A stretch of 20,000 nt of DNA from IMG/VR virus record IMGVR_UViG_3300020469_000029; one strand, written 5' to 3'. The DNA comes from an uncultured virus (IMG/VR IMGVR_UViG_3300020469_000029). Its lineage: Duplodnaviria; Heunggongvirae; Uroviricota; Caudoviricetes; Kyanoviridae. How positions within the stretch are numbered: the first letter of the stretch is position 1; the number at the start of each line of letters is the position of its first letter. The position numbers and the translations under genes are program-made. Under the pieces are notes generated by a model, which ran no database searches, had not been told where the DNA came from, and saw only the letters and a list, made by a program, of their open reading frames with translations. Positions 8,214 through 17,184 of this stretch are shown piece by piece.

Positions 8214-8386
8214 TGGTTGTTTGGGGTGTGATCTGGATGGTCGCAATTCTTCTCGTAATCGTGAGTTGGTATATCTACTATATACTAAAGATGGCTTATG
8301 CGGAGATGAATGATGGGAAAGATGACCCCACCAAGCAGGAAGAGTTGTTACAACTTCCGAGTAACAGAGATAACGAAAGTAGTTGA
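8213..8386 (+). CDS. 57-aa single-TM membrane protein
   Basis: Hydrophobic helix MVVWGVIWMVAILLVIVSWYIYYIL; ATG 8213 overlaps the previous TAA; 3' end overlaps the nuclease gene. Confidence 0.65.
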   Translation: MVVWGVIWMVAILLVIVSWYIYYILKMAYAEMNDGKDDPTKQEELLQLPSNRDNESS

Positions 8387-8882
8387 TGGAGATACCATTG
8401 ACGTAGTAATAGATTTAGGATTTGATATCTATAAGCACGAACGTGTACGTATAGCTGGTATCGATACTCCTGAGAAGAGGACAAGAGATTTAGAAGAGAA
8501 GGCATTGGGTATAGACGCAACTAACTGGATGAAGTATACTCTTGAGGATACTATTAATGGAGAGCATGAACTCACTATTAGAACAGAACTTAAGGGTGGC
8601 ATGGGGAAGTATGGTAGGCTTCTTGGTTGGCTCTATGTTGGCGACTCTACTGTTTCATTAAATGAGCAGATGATAGAAGAGGGATATGCATGGGAGTATG
8701 ATGGTGGCACTAAGAATAAAAACTTTGAAGAGTTAAGAGAGATTCGTATTGCACAAGGTACTCTTGAACCTGAAGAGGGTGATCCATTACCTGAGAATGG
8801 TACAGGAATTGAGGCAGCAGCAGATGCTCCTGAATATAATACACCTCTGAATAGTACCAGTAACATGGCGGGGTTATACTAA
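8310..8882 (+). CDS. Thermonuclease (staphylococcal nuclease-like) family protein
   Basis: KVVDGDTIDV, RVRIAGIDTPE, GKYGRLLG and LNEQMIEEGYA motifs; GGAG RBS at 8302-8305. Confidence 0.92.
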   Translation: MMGKMTPPSRKSCYNFRVTEITKVVDGDTIDVVIDLGFDIYKHERVRIAGIDTPEKRTRDLEEKALGIDATNWMKYTLEDTINGEHELTIRTELKGGMGKYGRLLGWLYVGDSTVSLNEQMIEEGYAWEYDGGTKNKNFEELREIRIAQGTLEPEEGDPLPENGTGIEAAADAPEYNTPLNSTSNMAGLY

Positions 8883-9091
8883 TGGTAGGACCTGGAGAAT
8901 ACATAGCAATGTTAAATGTCGTAGAGGCATGGAATGAAATCAGTTGGGCTGATGCTATTCCATTTACTCTAGTATTAATAGGTCTTTACTGGGTTAAGGT
9001 AAAGATAGATGCATCTGTTGGTATCAGTAAGAAACAGCAGAAGCAGTTGAAGAGAACTATTGTAGAGGCAATTAAAGAAGCCAATGCCTGA
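8882..9091 (+). CDS. Small single-TM protein (start 8882 or 8909)
   Basis: AIPFTLVLIGLYWV hydrophobic segment followed by a basic tail; coupled to both neighbours. Confidence 0.7.
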   Translation: MVGPGEYIAMLNVVEAWNEISWADAIPFTLVLIGLYWVKVKIDASVGISKKQQKQLKRTIVEAIKEANA

Positions 9092-10742
9092 GAAGCAGGA
9101 GATATATCTAGGTAACCCCAATCTCAAACGGGCTAACGTTAACACTAGTTTCTCACCTGAAGAGGTGCAGGAGTTTATAAAGTGTAGTCAAGATCCCGTT
9201 TATTTTATTCGTAATTATATTAAGATTGTTAACCTAGATGAAGGTATAGTTAACTTTGACCTCTATGATTTTCAAGAGGACATGGTTAATCGTTTTCATG
9301 AACACAGATTTAATATAGCAAAGTTACCACGTCAGTCTGGTAAGTCCACAGTAGTTACTGCATACCTTTTGTGGTATGCAATCTTTAATGATAATGTCAA
9401 CATCGCAATCCTCGCAAACAAAGCAGCCACTGCAAGAGAAATGTTGGGAAGGTTACAACTTTCTTACGAAAATCTCCCTAAATGGCTTCAACAAGGTGTG
9501 GTCAACTGGAACAGGGGCTCCTTGGAGTTGGAGAATGGAAGTAAGATCTTGGCTGCTTCTACTTCTGCAAGTGCTGTACGGGGTATGTCCTTTAACATTA
9601 TATTTCTGGACGAATTCGCCTTTATTCCGACGCATATTGCTGATGAGTTCTTTAGTAGTGTCTACCCTACTATATCTTCTGGTAAGAAAACTAAGGTTAT
9701 AATCATATCTACCCCCAAGGGTATGAATATGTTCTATAAACTGTGGCATGATGCGGAGAAAGGACAGAATGAATACACTACAACGGAGGTGCATTGGCAA
9801 CAGGTACCAGGTAGAGATCAGGTATGGAAAGAGCAGACGATTAAAAACACGTCCGAGGAGCAATTCAACCAAGAGTTTGAGTGTGAATTCCTAGGATCTG
9901 TTAATACTCTTATCAGTAGTACTAAATTAAAGACATTAGTATATGAAGAACCTAAGAGGAAGGAAGCAGGACTGTCTATATACGATGATCCAGAGGAAGG
10001 ACACTCATATCACATCTGTGTTGACGTTGCCAGAGGTCTAACTAAGGATTATTCTGCATTTACAGTGATAGATACTACAGAAATACCCTATCAGGTGGTA
10101 GGAAAGTATAGAAACAATACAATTAAACCTCTTTTATTCCCAGATATCATTCATAAGGTTGCTACGGCATACAATCAGGCGTATATAATGATAGAAGTTA
10201 ATGATATTGGTGGACAGGTAGCAGATATCATACAATTTGATCTAGAATATGAGAATTTACTCATGTGTGCCATGAGAGGTAGAGCTGGTCAGGTAGTAGG
10301 ACAAGGATTTAGTGGCACTAAGGTGCAACTTGGAGTCAAAATGAGCACAACAGTTAAGAAAACTGGTTGCTCTAACCTTAAACAGTTAATTGAAGATGAT
10401 AAACTAATCTTTAGAGACTATGACATCATGGCAGAGTTAACTACCTTCATTCAGAAAGGTCCAGCATGGCAAGGAGAGGAAGGATGTAACGATGACCTTG
10501 CTATGTGTCTGGTTATCTTTGCATGGTTAGCAACTACTGACTATTTCCGTGAGTTACATGACGATGATGTACGTGCAAAGATGTATGAAGAGCAGAAAGA
10601 GGGAATAGAAGCGGACATGGCTCCATTTGGTTTCATAGATAACCACGTGGACTATGAGCAGACTATAGTGGATGATGAAGGCACTCAGTGGAATGTAGAT
10701 GAGTATGGAGATAACTCACACATGTGGGAATATCTGTCGTGA
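9084..10742 (+). CDS. g17: Terminase large subunit gp17
   Basis: YLGNPNLK; Walker A PRQSGKST; Walker B IIFLDEFAF; ISTPKG; nuclease motifs VDVARG and NDDLAM. Confidence 0.97.
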   Translation: MPEKQEIYLGNPNLKRANVNTSFSPEEVQEFIKCSQDPVYFIRNYIKIVNLDEGIVNFDLYDFQEDMVNRFHEHRFNIAKLPRQSGKSTVVTAYLLWYAIFNDNVNIAILANKAATAREMLGRLQLSYENLPKWLQQGVVNWNRGSLELENGSKILAASTSASAVRGMSFNIIFLDEFAFIPTHIADEFFSSVYPTISSGKKTKVIIISTPKGMNMFYKLWHDAEKGQNEYTTTEVHWQQVPGRDQVWKEQTIKNTSEEQFNQEFECEFLGSVNTLISSTKLKTLVYEEPKRKEAGLSIYDDPEEGHSYHICVDVARGLTKDYSAFTVIDTTEIPYQVVGKYRNNTIKPLLFPDIIHKVATAYNQAYIMIEVNDIGGQVADIIQFDLEYENLLMCAMRGRAGQVVGQGFSGTKVQLGVKMSTTVKKTGCSNLKQLIEDDKLIFRDYDIMAELTTFIQKGPAWQGEEGCNDDLAMCLVIFAWLATTDYFRELHDDDVRAKMYEEQKEGIEADMAPFGFIDNHVDYEQTIVDDEGTQWNVDEYGDNSHMWEYLS

Positions 10743-10975
10743 GTATAGAGTCAGACCTAGAACTTGAGCATTTATTATTTGTTGAAAGGAAGTGTAGGTT
10801 TTGTGGTAAGATAAAGAATTTATTAGAAGATTTTTATTTAACTAGAAAGGATAGAGGTGCAACTCCATCAGCATATGCATATGAGTGTAAGTCCTGTACC
10901 ATCTGGAGAGTCAACAGAAAGAGAAATAGAAAGAGACCTTTGCCTCCATACCTAGCAGACTATCCAGACTGGTAA
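10739..10975 (+). CDS. Zn-ribbon protein (CxxC...CxxC); probable start GTG 10739
   Basis: RKCRFCGKIKNLLEDFY...YECKSC; GTGA overlap with the g17 stop. Confidence 0.75.
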   Translation: MSIESDLELEHLLFVERKCRFCGKIKNLLEDFYLTRKDRGATPSAYAYECKSCTIWRVNRKRNRKRPLPPYLADYPDW

Positions 10976-11011
10976 TCACGGCTTGATTCCCCAGTGAAAA
11001 AACACCTTTGA

Positions 11012-11018
11012 ATAAATA
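11012..11018 (+). promoter_or_regulatory. Late promoter (ATAAATA) for g18
   Basis: Intergenic aATAAATAa; AGGAG RBS before ATG 11061. Confidence 0.75.
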
Positions 11019-11060
11019 ATTTCAGCATCCAAATTGGAATTCACCTAGGAGATATCACAA

Positions 11061-13832
11061 ATGGCATCCACACAACTTTCACCAGGAGTTGTCGTACTTG
11101 AAAGAGATCTGACCAACGTAGTCAATGCAACAGTAGATAATATTGCTGCTATCGTTGGATCATTTGAAAAAGGACCTGTAGAGCAGGTAACTAGTATAAC
11201 TAGTGAAAAAGAATTACTTTCAATCTTCGGCAAACCTACCAATTACAATTACGAGTATTGGTTTAGCGCAGCACAATTCTTACTTTACGGAGGAACCGTT
11301 AAAGTAGTTCGTGCGATGAATGATTCGTTAAAGAATGCTATCGACACTGCACAGTTCACTGTTTCTACATTCAGTGCTTCTGATACAACTCTGACAGTTT
11401 CTTCATCTACTGATTTTGATGTTAACGATGTCCTATTAATTGATGCTGAATTAGTTACCATCTCTGCTGTTTCTGGTAACGACGTTACTGTTTCACGTGG
11501 ACAGTTAGCAACTTCTTCTGTATCTCACGCTGCTGCAACTTCAATCACATTGATTGAACCTGCTGGCACATCATCTACCATCGCTGAAGGTGGTACCTAT
11601 AGTGATTCTGATGTTACTCTAACAGTTACATCTGCTGCTGCACTTGGTGCAGGTACTAACTCATACATCAGGATTGATGATGAGATTCTTCAAGTATCTT
11701 CTATTGCTGGTAACGATCTAACCGTTGTCCGTGGACAGTTGGGCACAACTGCTGCATCTCACGCTGATGGATCTTCTGTTTCACTACAGACAGTTACAAC
11801 AAACAAGACTGAGATTAATGAGCAAACTGCAACTGGTGTTTCTGCTCCTTTAATTAAGAATCTTGACACATATGAAGCAAACGTTGAGACTGCTTCTAAC
11901 AACTGGAAGTGGGGAGCTAAGACTTCTGGTAGTTTCGGTAACTCAATTCGTGTTGTCATAACAGATGCTGGACCTGATCAATTATTATATCTTGCTCAAC
12001 CAACTTCTAGTGAGTGGGAGTTTGTAAACAACGCTGAGATTTCATTTTCTAATGCTAACATCTATGGTCGTGTGTATGACTATACTGTTGTCATTACACT
12101 TAAGGATGATTCAAACTTAGTAGGTAAGTTTGAGAAAGACAATTATATCACTGCTGTTAGTGGTGGTGTTACAGGTCGTGTGGTTGCTTATGATCAAGTA
12201 AATCGTAAGTTGGAAATTGCTGTTGATGACACTGCATCTGATATTCTTGAAATCAATGATACCATTACTGAGTTAGCAAATAACTCTAACACACCTGGCT
12301 CTGCCACTGGTGATTCTGGTGCTGTTGAATCAATTAGTCGTCAGTTGCGTGTTGCTCTTAATCAGGGATCACCTAACTTCCAAGCAAACCAGACAGTTGT
12401 TGATAAAAATGCTGCAACAATCTCTATTGCTAACGTAGAGTCTGACTACGAGTCAAGACTATACGGAGAGAATACAAAGTGGATTAACGTTGCTGCACGT
12501 CCTACTACTTCTGCATGGGTTGCAGAGCGTGGTGGTCACAATGACTTGATGCACATCTTGGTTATTGATGGAGATGGTAAGATCACAGGTACTCCTGGAT
12601 CAGTTCTTGAGAAGCACCTTAATGTTTCTAAAGCAAATGATGCTAAGTCACCTCAAGGTGATAACATCTATTACAAGGATGTAGTCAAGACATACTCTGA
12701 GTACCTATATTGGGGATCTCATGAGACTGCTAATGTCTATGATAAAAACACTTCTGCAAGTGGTGTCTTTGGTGTATCTGGTATTAACAGAGAGTTTGAC
12801 CTTATTAAGTCAGCTGCATCTCTTAACAATCTAGATGATCCAACTGGTACTAACCCACTAGCAATACCTCTACTAGGTACTAAGAATAGAGCAACCTTAC
12901 GTTACTCTTTACAAGGTGGTGTTGATGGTTATACCATTGCACGTCCTGATATTCTTGGTGCATATGATCTCTTTGCAGATGCAGAGACTGTAGACATTGA
13001 TTACCTACTAATGGGTCCATCCATGAGTGGTATTGATGATACAATTGCTAAAGCGCAGCATGTAATTTCTATTGCAGCTTCACGTAAGGATTGTATTGCA
13101 TACGTCTCACCTTATCGTGGTGATGTAATTGGTCAAGCAAAGACTTCTACTATTGTCTCACGCACAGTTAACTACTTCGATCAGTTGAGTAGTACTTCTT
13201 ATGCGGTATTTGACAATAACTACAAATACATATATGATAAGTATAACGACAAGTATCGTTATCTTCCATGTAATGCTGACGTTGCTGGACTAACACTTAG
13301 CACAACACTTCAGCAAGAGCCTTGGTATTCACCTGCTGGTTTCAATAGAGGACAGTTGAGAAATGCAATTAAACTTGCTTACTCACCTCTAAAGGATCAC
13401 AGAGATACCCTTTATGCTTCACGTGTTAACCCAATCGTAGCTTTCCCTGGACAGGGCATTGTCCTCTTCGGTGATAAGACTGCATTGAGTTATGTTTCTG
13501 CCTTTGACAGAATTAACGTTAGACGTTTATTCCTAGTCATGGAAGAAGCAATTTCTGACGCAGCAAAGACCCAACTATTCGAGTTGAATGACGAGTTTAC
13601 TCGCCAACAATTCAAGAACATTGTTGAGCCATACCTACGCAGTGTCCAATCAAGACGTGGTATTGTTGACTTCCTCGTAGTTTGCGACGGAACAAACAAC
13701 CCTGCTGAATCGATTGACCGTGGTGAATTCTATGCAGAGATATTTGTGAAACCCACAAGATCTATCAACTTCATCACATTGACCTTCACTGCAACCAGAA
13801 CAGGCGCAAGCTTCTCTGAGTTAGTTACTTAA
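11061..13832 (+). CDS. g18: Tail sheath protein gp18 (enlarged, 923 aa)
   Basis: LSPGVVVLERDLT, PWYSPAGFNRG, GDKT, FDRINVRRLF and FELNDEFTR motifs. Confidence 0.97.
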   Translation: MASTQLSPGVVVLERDLTNVVNATVDNIAAIVGSFEKGPVEQVTSITSEKELLSIFGKPTNYNYEYWFSAAQFLLYGGTVKVVRAMNDSLKNAIDTAQFTVSTFSASDTTLTVSSSTDFDVNDVLLIDAELVTISAVSGNDVTVSRGQLATSSVSHAAATSITLIEPAGTSSTIAEGGTYSDSDVTLTVTSAAALGAGTNSYIRIDDEILQVSSIAGNDLTVVRGQLGTTAASHADGSSVSLQTVTTNKTEINEQTATGVSAPLIKNLDTYEANVETASNNWKWGAKTSGSFGNSIRVVITDAGPDQLLYLAQPTSSEWEFVNNAEISFSNANIYGRVYDYTVVITLKDDSNLVGKFEKDNYITAVSGGVTGRVVAYDQVNRKLEIAVDDTASDILEINDTITELANNSNTPGSATGDSGAVESISRQLRVALNQGSPNFQANQTVVDKNAATISIANVESDYESRLYGENTKWINVAARPTTSAWVAERGGHNDLMHILVIDGDGKITGTPGSVLEKHLNVSKANDAKSPQGDNIYYKDVVKTYSEYLYWGSHETANVYDKNTSASGVFGVSGINREFDLIKSAASLNNLDDPTGTNPLAIPLLGTKNRATLRYSLQGGVDGYTIARPDILGAYDLFADAETVDIDYLLMGPSMSGIDDTIAKAQHVISIAASRKDCIAYVSPYRGDVIGQAKTSTIVSRTVNYFDQLSSTSYAVFDNNYKYIYDKYNDKYRYLPCNADVAGLTLSTTLQQEPWYSPAGFNRGQLRNAIKLAYSPLKDHRDTLYASRVNPIVAFPGQGIVLFGDKTALSYVSAFDRINVRRLFLVMEEAISDAAKTQLFELNDEFTRQQFKNIVEPYLRSVQSRRGIVDFLVVCDGTNNPAESIDRGEFYAEIFVKPTRSINFITLTFTATRTGASFSELVT

Positions 13833-13865
13833 TGAGTAAACTGTGGCACGTCTTCGTGCTCAACC

Positions 13866-13872
13866 TTAAATA
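13866..13872 (+). promoter_or_regulatory. Possible late promoter (TTAAATA) plus AGGAG RBS for g19
   Basis: cTTAAATAggag lies very close to ATG 13883 and follows a short hairpin. Confidence 0.4.
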
Positions 13873-13882
13873 GGAGAATAAC

Positions 13883-14572
13883 ATGTCAGCATTCGACAGC
13901 CAGACTTATCCTGGTCAGTCTGAAGGAAAGCAAATAAACGCACCAATCCTAGACTTCCGTAATAGGATTGGTGACTTAGCCCGCCCTAACCTGTTTCAGG
14001 TTGAAGTAGGTTTCCCTCAGATCGTAGATAACGGTACACCTCAGTCAGGTGCTACCCCTGGATCACAAGAGCAACGTGGAGAAGAAAGTGCGGGACAATC
14101 CCGTGCTGGATCAGGCGCATCTTCAGGATCACTAGCTACTTTCCTAGTGAAAGCAGCAAACATACCAGCTTCAACAGTTGGAGTAATCGAAGTACCCTAC
14201 AGAGGTAGGTCACTTAAGATTGCTGGAGACAGAACCTTTGAACCATGGACTATTACAGTTCTTAATGATAAAGGATTCGCACTACGCTCCAAGTTTGAAG
14301 AGTGGTCTACTAAGATTCAAGCACTTCATCAAAACCTTCAGTCACCTCGTGTTATTGCTGAGTATCAATCAGATGCTTTGGTAAGACAATATGATAGACA
14401 AGGTGCAGTAGTTAGATCTTACAAGTTTGTAGGTATCTGGCCCTCTACTATTTCCGCAATTGATCTTGCATGGGATAGTAATGATACTCCAGAAGAGTAT
14501 ACTGTTGAGTTCCAAGTTCAGTACTGGACATACGCTAATGACGCTAACTCTGGTAACGCTGTTTCAGTTTAG
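13883..14572 (+). CDS. g19: Tail tube protein gp19
   Basis: ARPNLFQV, KAANIPAS, YRGRSLKIAGDRTFEPWTITVLND and EEYTVEFQVQYW motifs. Confidence 0.96.
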   Translation: MSAFDSQTYPGQSEGKQINAPILDFRNRIGDLARPNLFQVEVGFPQIVDNGTPQSGATPGSQEQRGEESAGQSRAGSGASSGSLATFLVKAANIPASTVGVIEVPYRGRSLKIAGDRTFEPWTITVLNDKGFALRSKFEEWSTKIQALHQNLQSPRVIAEYQSDALVRQYDRQGAVVRSYKFVGIWPSTISAIDLAWDSNDTPEEYTVEFQVQYWTYANDANSGNAVSV

Positions 14573-14579
14573 ATAAATA
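14573..14579 (+). promoter_or_regulatory. Late promoter (ATAAATA) for g20
   Basis: gATAAATAc immediately after the g19 stop. Confidence 0.75.
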
Positions 14580-14606
14580 CTTTATAATGCAAAGGAAGGA
14601 CTAATA

Positions 14607-16217
14607 ATGTCACAACTATTTGGTTATTCAATTGAACGTAAGAAGAAGGGCAAGGCAGGAGTCGGCCCTTCTTTTGTTACGAAAGATTCGGATGATGCAG
14701 CACAACCCATTGTGGCAGGTGGTTACTTTGGTCAATACGTTGATCTAGGTGATGCTGCCAACAAGTCAAGCGATGTAGATCTTATAGGTAGATATCGTGA
14801 GATGTCCTTGCATCCAGAAGTGGATCAAGCGATTGGAGATATAACAGCAGAAGCAATAGCAGGTGACTTAGATGATCATCCTGTAGATGTTGAGCTCTCA
14901 AACCTTAAGGTTTCTGAGCCTGTAAAGAAAAGAATTAGAGAAGAGTTTAATAATGTATTATCATTACTAGACTTTGATCGCAAAGCATATGATATCTTTC
15001 GTAGGTGGTACATCGACGGAAGACTTTTTTATCATAAGATGATTGATCCTGATAATCCTCAAGAGGGATTAACAGAGTTGAGGTATATTGATCCTAGAAA
15101 GATTAGAAAGGTTATCGAATATGATAAGCCCAAGGATAGAATATCACCTGCCGACCCAGAAGTTAATACATTAGTCCCTAAGAGTGTAGAGTATTACATT
15201 TATTCACCCAAGGGGTTACGTGGGTATGAGAATAGAGGAATTAAAATAGCAAATGATGCTATCTGTTTTGCTCACTCAGGGCAATTAGATATGCAACGCA
15301 ACTATGTGTTGTCACATTTACACAAAGCTATTAAGGCAACTAACCAGTTGAGAATGATTGAAGATTCTCTGGTTATATACCGCATGTCACGTGCACCAGA
15401 GCGCAGAATATTCTATATTGATGTAGGTAATTTACCTAAGCAGAAGGCAGAGCAATACCTTAAAGAGGTAATGTCTCGCTATAGAAATAAGTTAGTCTAT
15501 AATGCAGACACGGGAGAAATAAGAGATGACAAGAAATTCATGTCAATGCTCGAAGACTTCTGGTTACCCAGACGAGAAGGTGGACGAGGCACTGAGATCA
15601 CTACGTTGCCAGGTGGACAAAATCTTGGAGAACTTGAAGACATCAAGTACTTCCAGAAGAAACTTTACCGAGCATTAAACGTACCTGAGTCAAGGTTGGA
15701 ATCTGATTCATCATTTAACGTTGGTAGATCCGCAGAGATCACACGTGATGAAGTTAAATTCCAAAAGTTTATCGCTAGATTGCGTAAGAGATTCTCTGAT
15801 CTATTCAATGATCTTCTCAAGACACAATTGGTACTCAAGGGTGTGTTTACTTTAGAAGAGTGGGATGAAGCAAAGGAGCATATTCAATATGATTTCGTTG
15901 CTGATAACTACTTTGCTGAGTTAAAAGAGCAAGAGATCATGAATGAGCGCATGGCTCTCATCGCTCAAATGGATCCTTTCTGTGGTAAATATTTCTCACT
16001 TGAATACATGCGTCGTCAGATATTACGTCAGACAGATGAAGAGTTTAATGAGATAGGAAGTCAGATGGAGACTGAGATTTCAGAGGGTAGACTTGTTGAT
16101 CCTGTAGAGATGCAGAAACTAGAAGTTGCTCAAATGGAAATGTCTTTGATGCCTCCAGAACCTGATCCTGCGGAAGCAGGTATCAGTGATGCGGACTACA
16201 AAAAAGGAAACATCTAA
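14607..16217 (+). CDS. g20: Portal vertex protein gp20
   Basis: FRRWYIDGR, RAPERRIFYIDVGNLPK and EDFWLPRREGGRGTEITTLPGGQNLG motifs. Confidence 0.98.
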   Translation: MSQLFGYSIERKKKGKAGVGPSFVTKDSDDAAQPIVAGGYFGQYVDLGDAANKSSDVDLIGRYREMSLHPEVDQAIGDITAEAIAGDLDDHPVDVELSNLKVSEPVKKRIREEFNNVLSLLDFDRKAYDIFRRWYIDGRLFYHKMIDPDNPQEGLTELRYIDPRKIRKVIEYDKPKDRISPADPEVNTLVPKSVEYYIYSPKGLRGYENRGIKIANDAICFAHSGQLDMQRNYVLSHLHKAIKATNQLRMIEDSLVIYRMSRAPERRIFYIDVGNLPKQKAEQYLKEVMSRYRNKLVYNADTGEIRDDKKFMSMLEDFWLPRREGGRGTEITTLPGGQNLGELEDIKYFQKKLYRALNVPESRLESDSSFNVGRSAEITRDEVKFQKFIARLRKRFSDLFNDLLKTQLVLKGVFTLEEWDEAKEHIQYDFVADNYFAELKEQEIMNERMALIAQMDPFCGKYFSLEYMRRQILRQTDEEFNEIGSQMETEISEGRLVDPVEMQKLEVAQMEMSLMPPEPDPAEAGISDADYKKGNI

Positions 16218-16220
16218 ATA
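16214..16220 (+). promoter_or_regulatory. Late promoter (CTAAATA)
   Basis: Overlaps the g20 stop, 22 nt before ATG 16243. Confidence 0.7.
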
Positions 16221-16242
16221 ATATTATAGTTAATGAATTATT

Positions 16243-16506
16243 ATGCCTACTGATGTCGCAAGAGATATAGTAAATGCTCTTTTTGCAGGACAGAAAGATC
16301 TGTCCGATTATGTTGTTCAGGGTATGAACGCAAAATCAGTCGAAGCAATTGACGCTAAGAAGCAAGAGATGGGGAAGGTTTTATTTAAACCACAGGAAGA
16401 CGGTCCTGAAAACACCGAGCAACCTGCGGATGCTGAACCACCTGAAGCTTCAACTGAAACAGAAACCGAGGAACCTAAAGATGAAACTGATCAGGGAAGA
16501 GATTGA
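16243..16506 (+). CDS. Small acidic protein, probable prohead core protein (gp67/gp68 position)
   Basis: 87 aa with an E/P/T-rich tail, between g20 and g21; function by synteny only. Confidence 0.65.
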   Translation: MPTDVARDIVNALFAGQKDLSDYVVQGMNAKSVEAIDAKKQEMGKVLFKPQEDGPENTEQPADAEPPEASTETETEEPKDETDQGRD

Positions 16507-17128
16507 GACCGCCAAAGTAACTATCACTGAAGGTAAGAATGGTAAGAAAAACCATTTTATTGAAGGTGTATTCTTGCAAGGTGAGATCAAGAACCGTAAT
16601 GGTCGGATGTATCCATTAGCTACCTTACAAAGAGAAGCTGCAAGTTACAATCAAAAGTATATTGAGAAAGGACGTGCACTAGGAGAATTGGGTCATCCCG
16701 ATGGTCCTACTATCAACCTAGATAGAGTGTCACATCTTATCACCTCTCTTAAGCAAGAGGGTACTAATTATGTTGGTAAGGCAAGACTATTGGATACACC
16801 AATGGGTAACATTGCCAAGAATCTCATTGATGAGGGTGTCAAGTTGGGAGTTTCATCCCGTGGACTTGGTACTATAAGAGAAAGAGATGGTGTTAAAGTT
16901 GTCATGGATGACTTTATGCTCGCAACTGCTGCTGATATAGTAGCAGACCCTTCCGCACCAGATGCTTTTGTCAATGGAATCATGGAAGGAAAGGAATGGA
17001 TCTACAATAGTGGGGCAATTCAGGAGCAAACAGTGGAGCAAATCAAGAAAAGAATTGATAATGCTGCGCTAAATCAAATGGAAGAGGTAAAACTTTCCGC
17101 ATTTAATCAGTATTTACAGCAATTGTAA
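16481..17128 (+). CDS. g21: Prohead core protease gp21 (start ATG 16481, MKLIREE)
   Basis: NRNGRMY, ALGELGHP, GVSSRGLG and DIVADPSAPDAF motifs; GAGGA upstream of 16481. Confidence 0.96.
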   Translation: MKLIREEIETAKVTITEGKNGKKNHFIEGVFLQGEIKNRNGRMYPLATLQREAASYNQKYIEKGRALGELGHPDGPTINLDRVSHLITSLKQEGTNYVGKARLLDTPMGNIAKNLIDEGVKLGVSSRGLGTIRERDGVKVVMDDFMLATAADIVADPSAPDAFVNGIMEGKEWIYNSGAIQEQTVEQIKKRIDNAALNQMEEVKLSAFNQYLQQL

Positions 17129-17140
17129 ATGCCTGGTTGT

Positions 17141-17147
17141 CTAAATA
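17141..17147 (+). promoter_or_regulatory. Late promoter (CTAAATA) for g22-g23
   Basis: Intergenic; GGAG RBS before ATG 17185. Confidence 0.75.
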
Positions 17148-17184
17148 ATAAAAGCAATCGCAATTTGTCGCAACGGAGACTACA

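Noticed and set aside
16349..16480. Extended N-terminus of gp21 in the ORF track
   Set aside because: It overlaps the 87-aa acidic gene; the canonical MKLIRE start with an RBS is at 16481.
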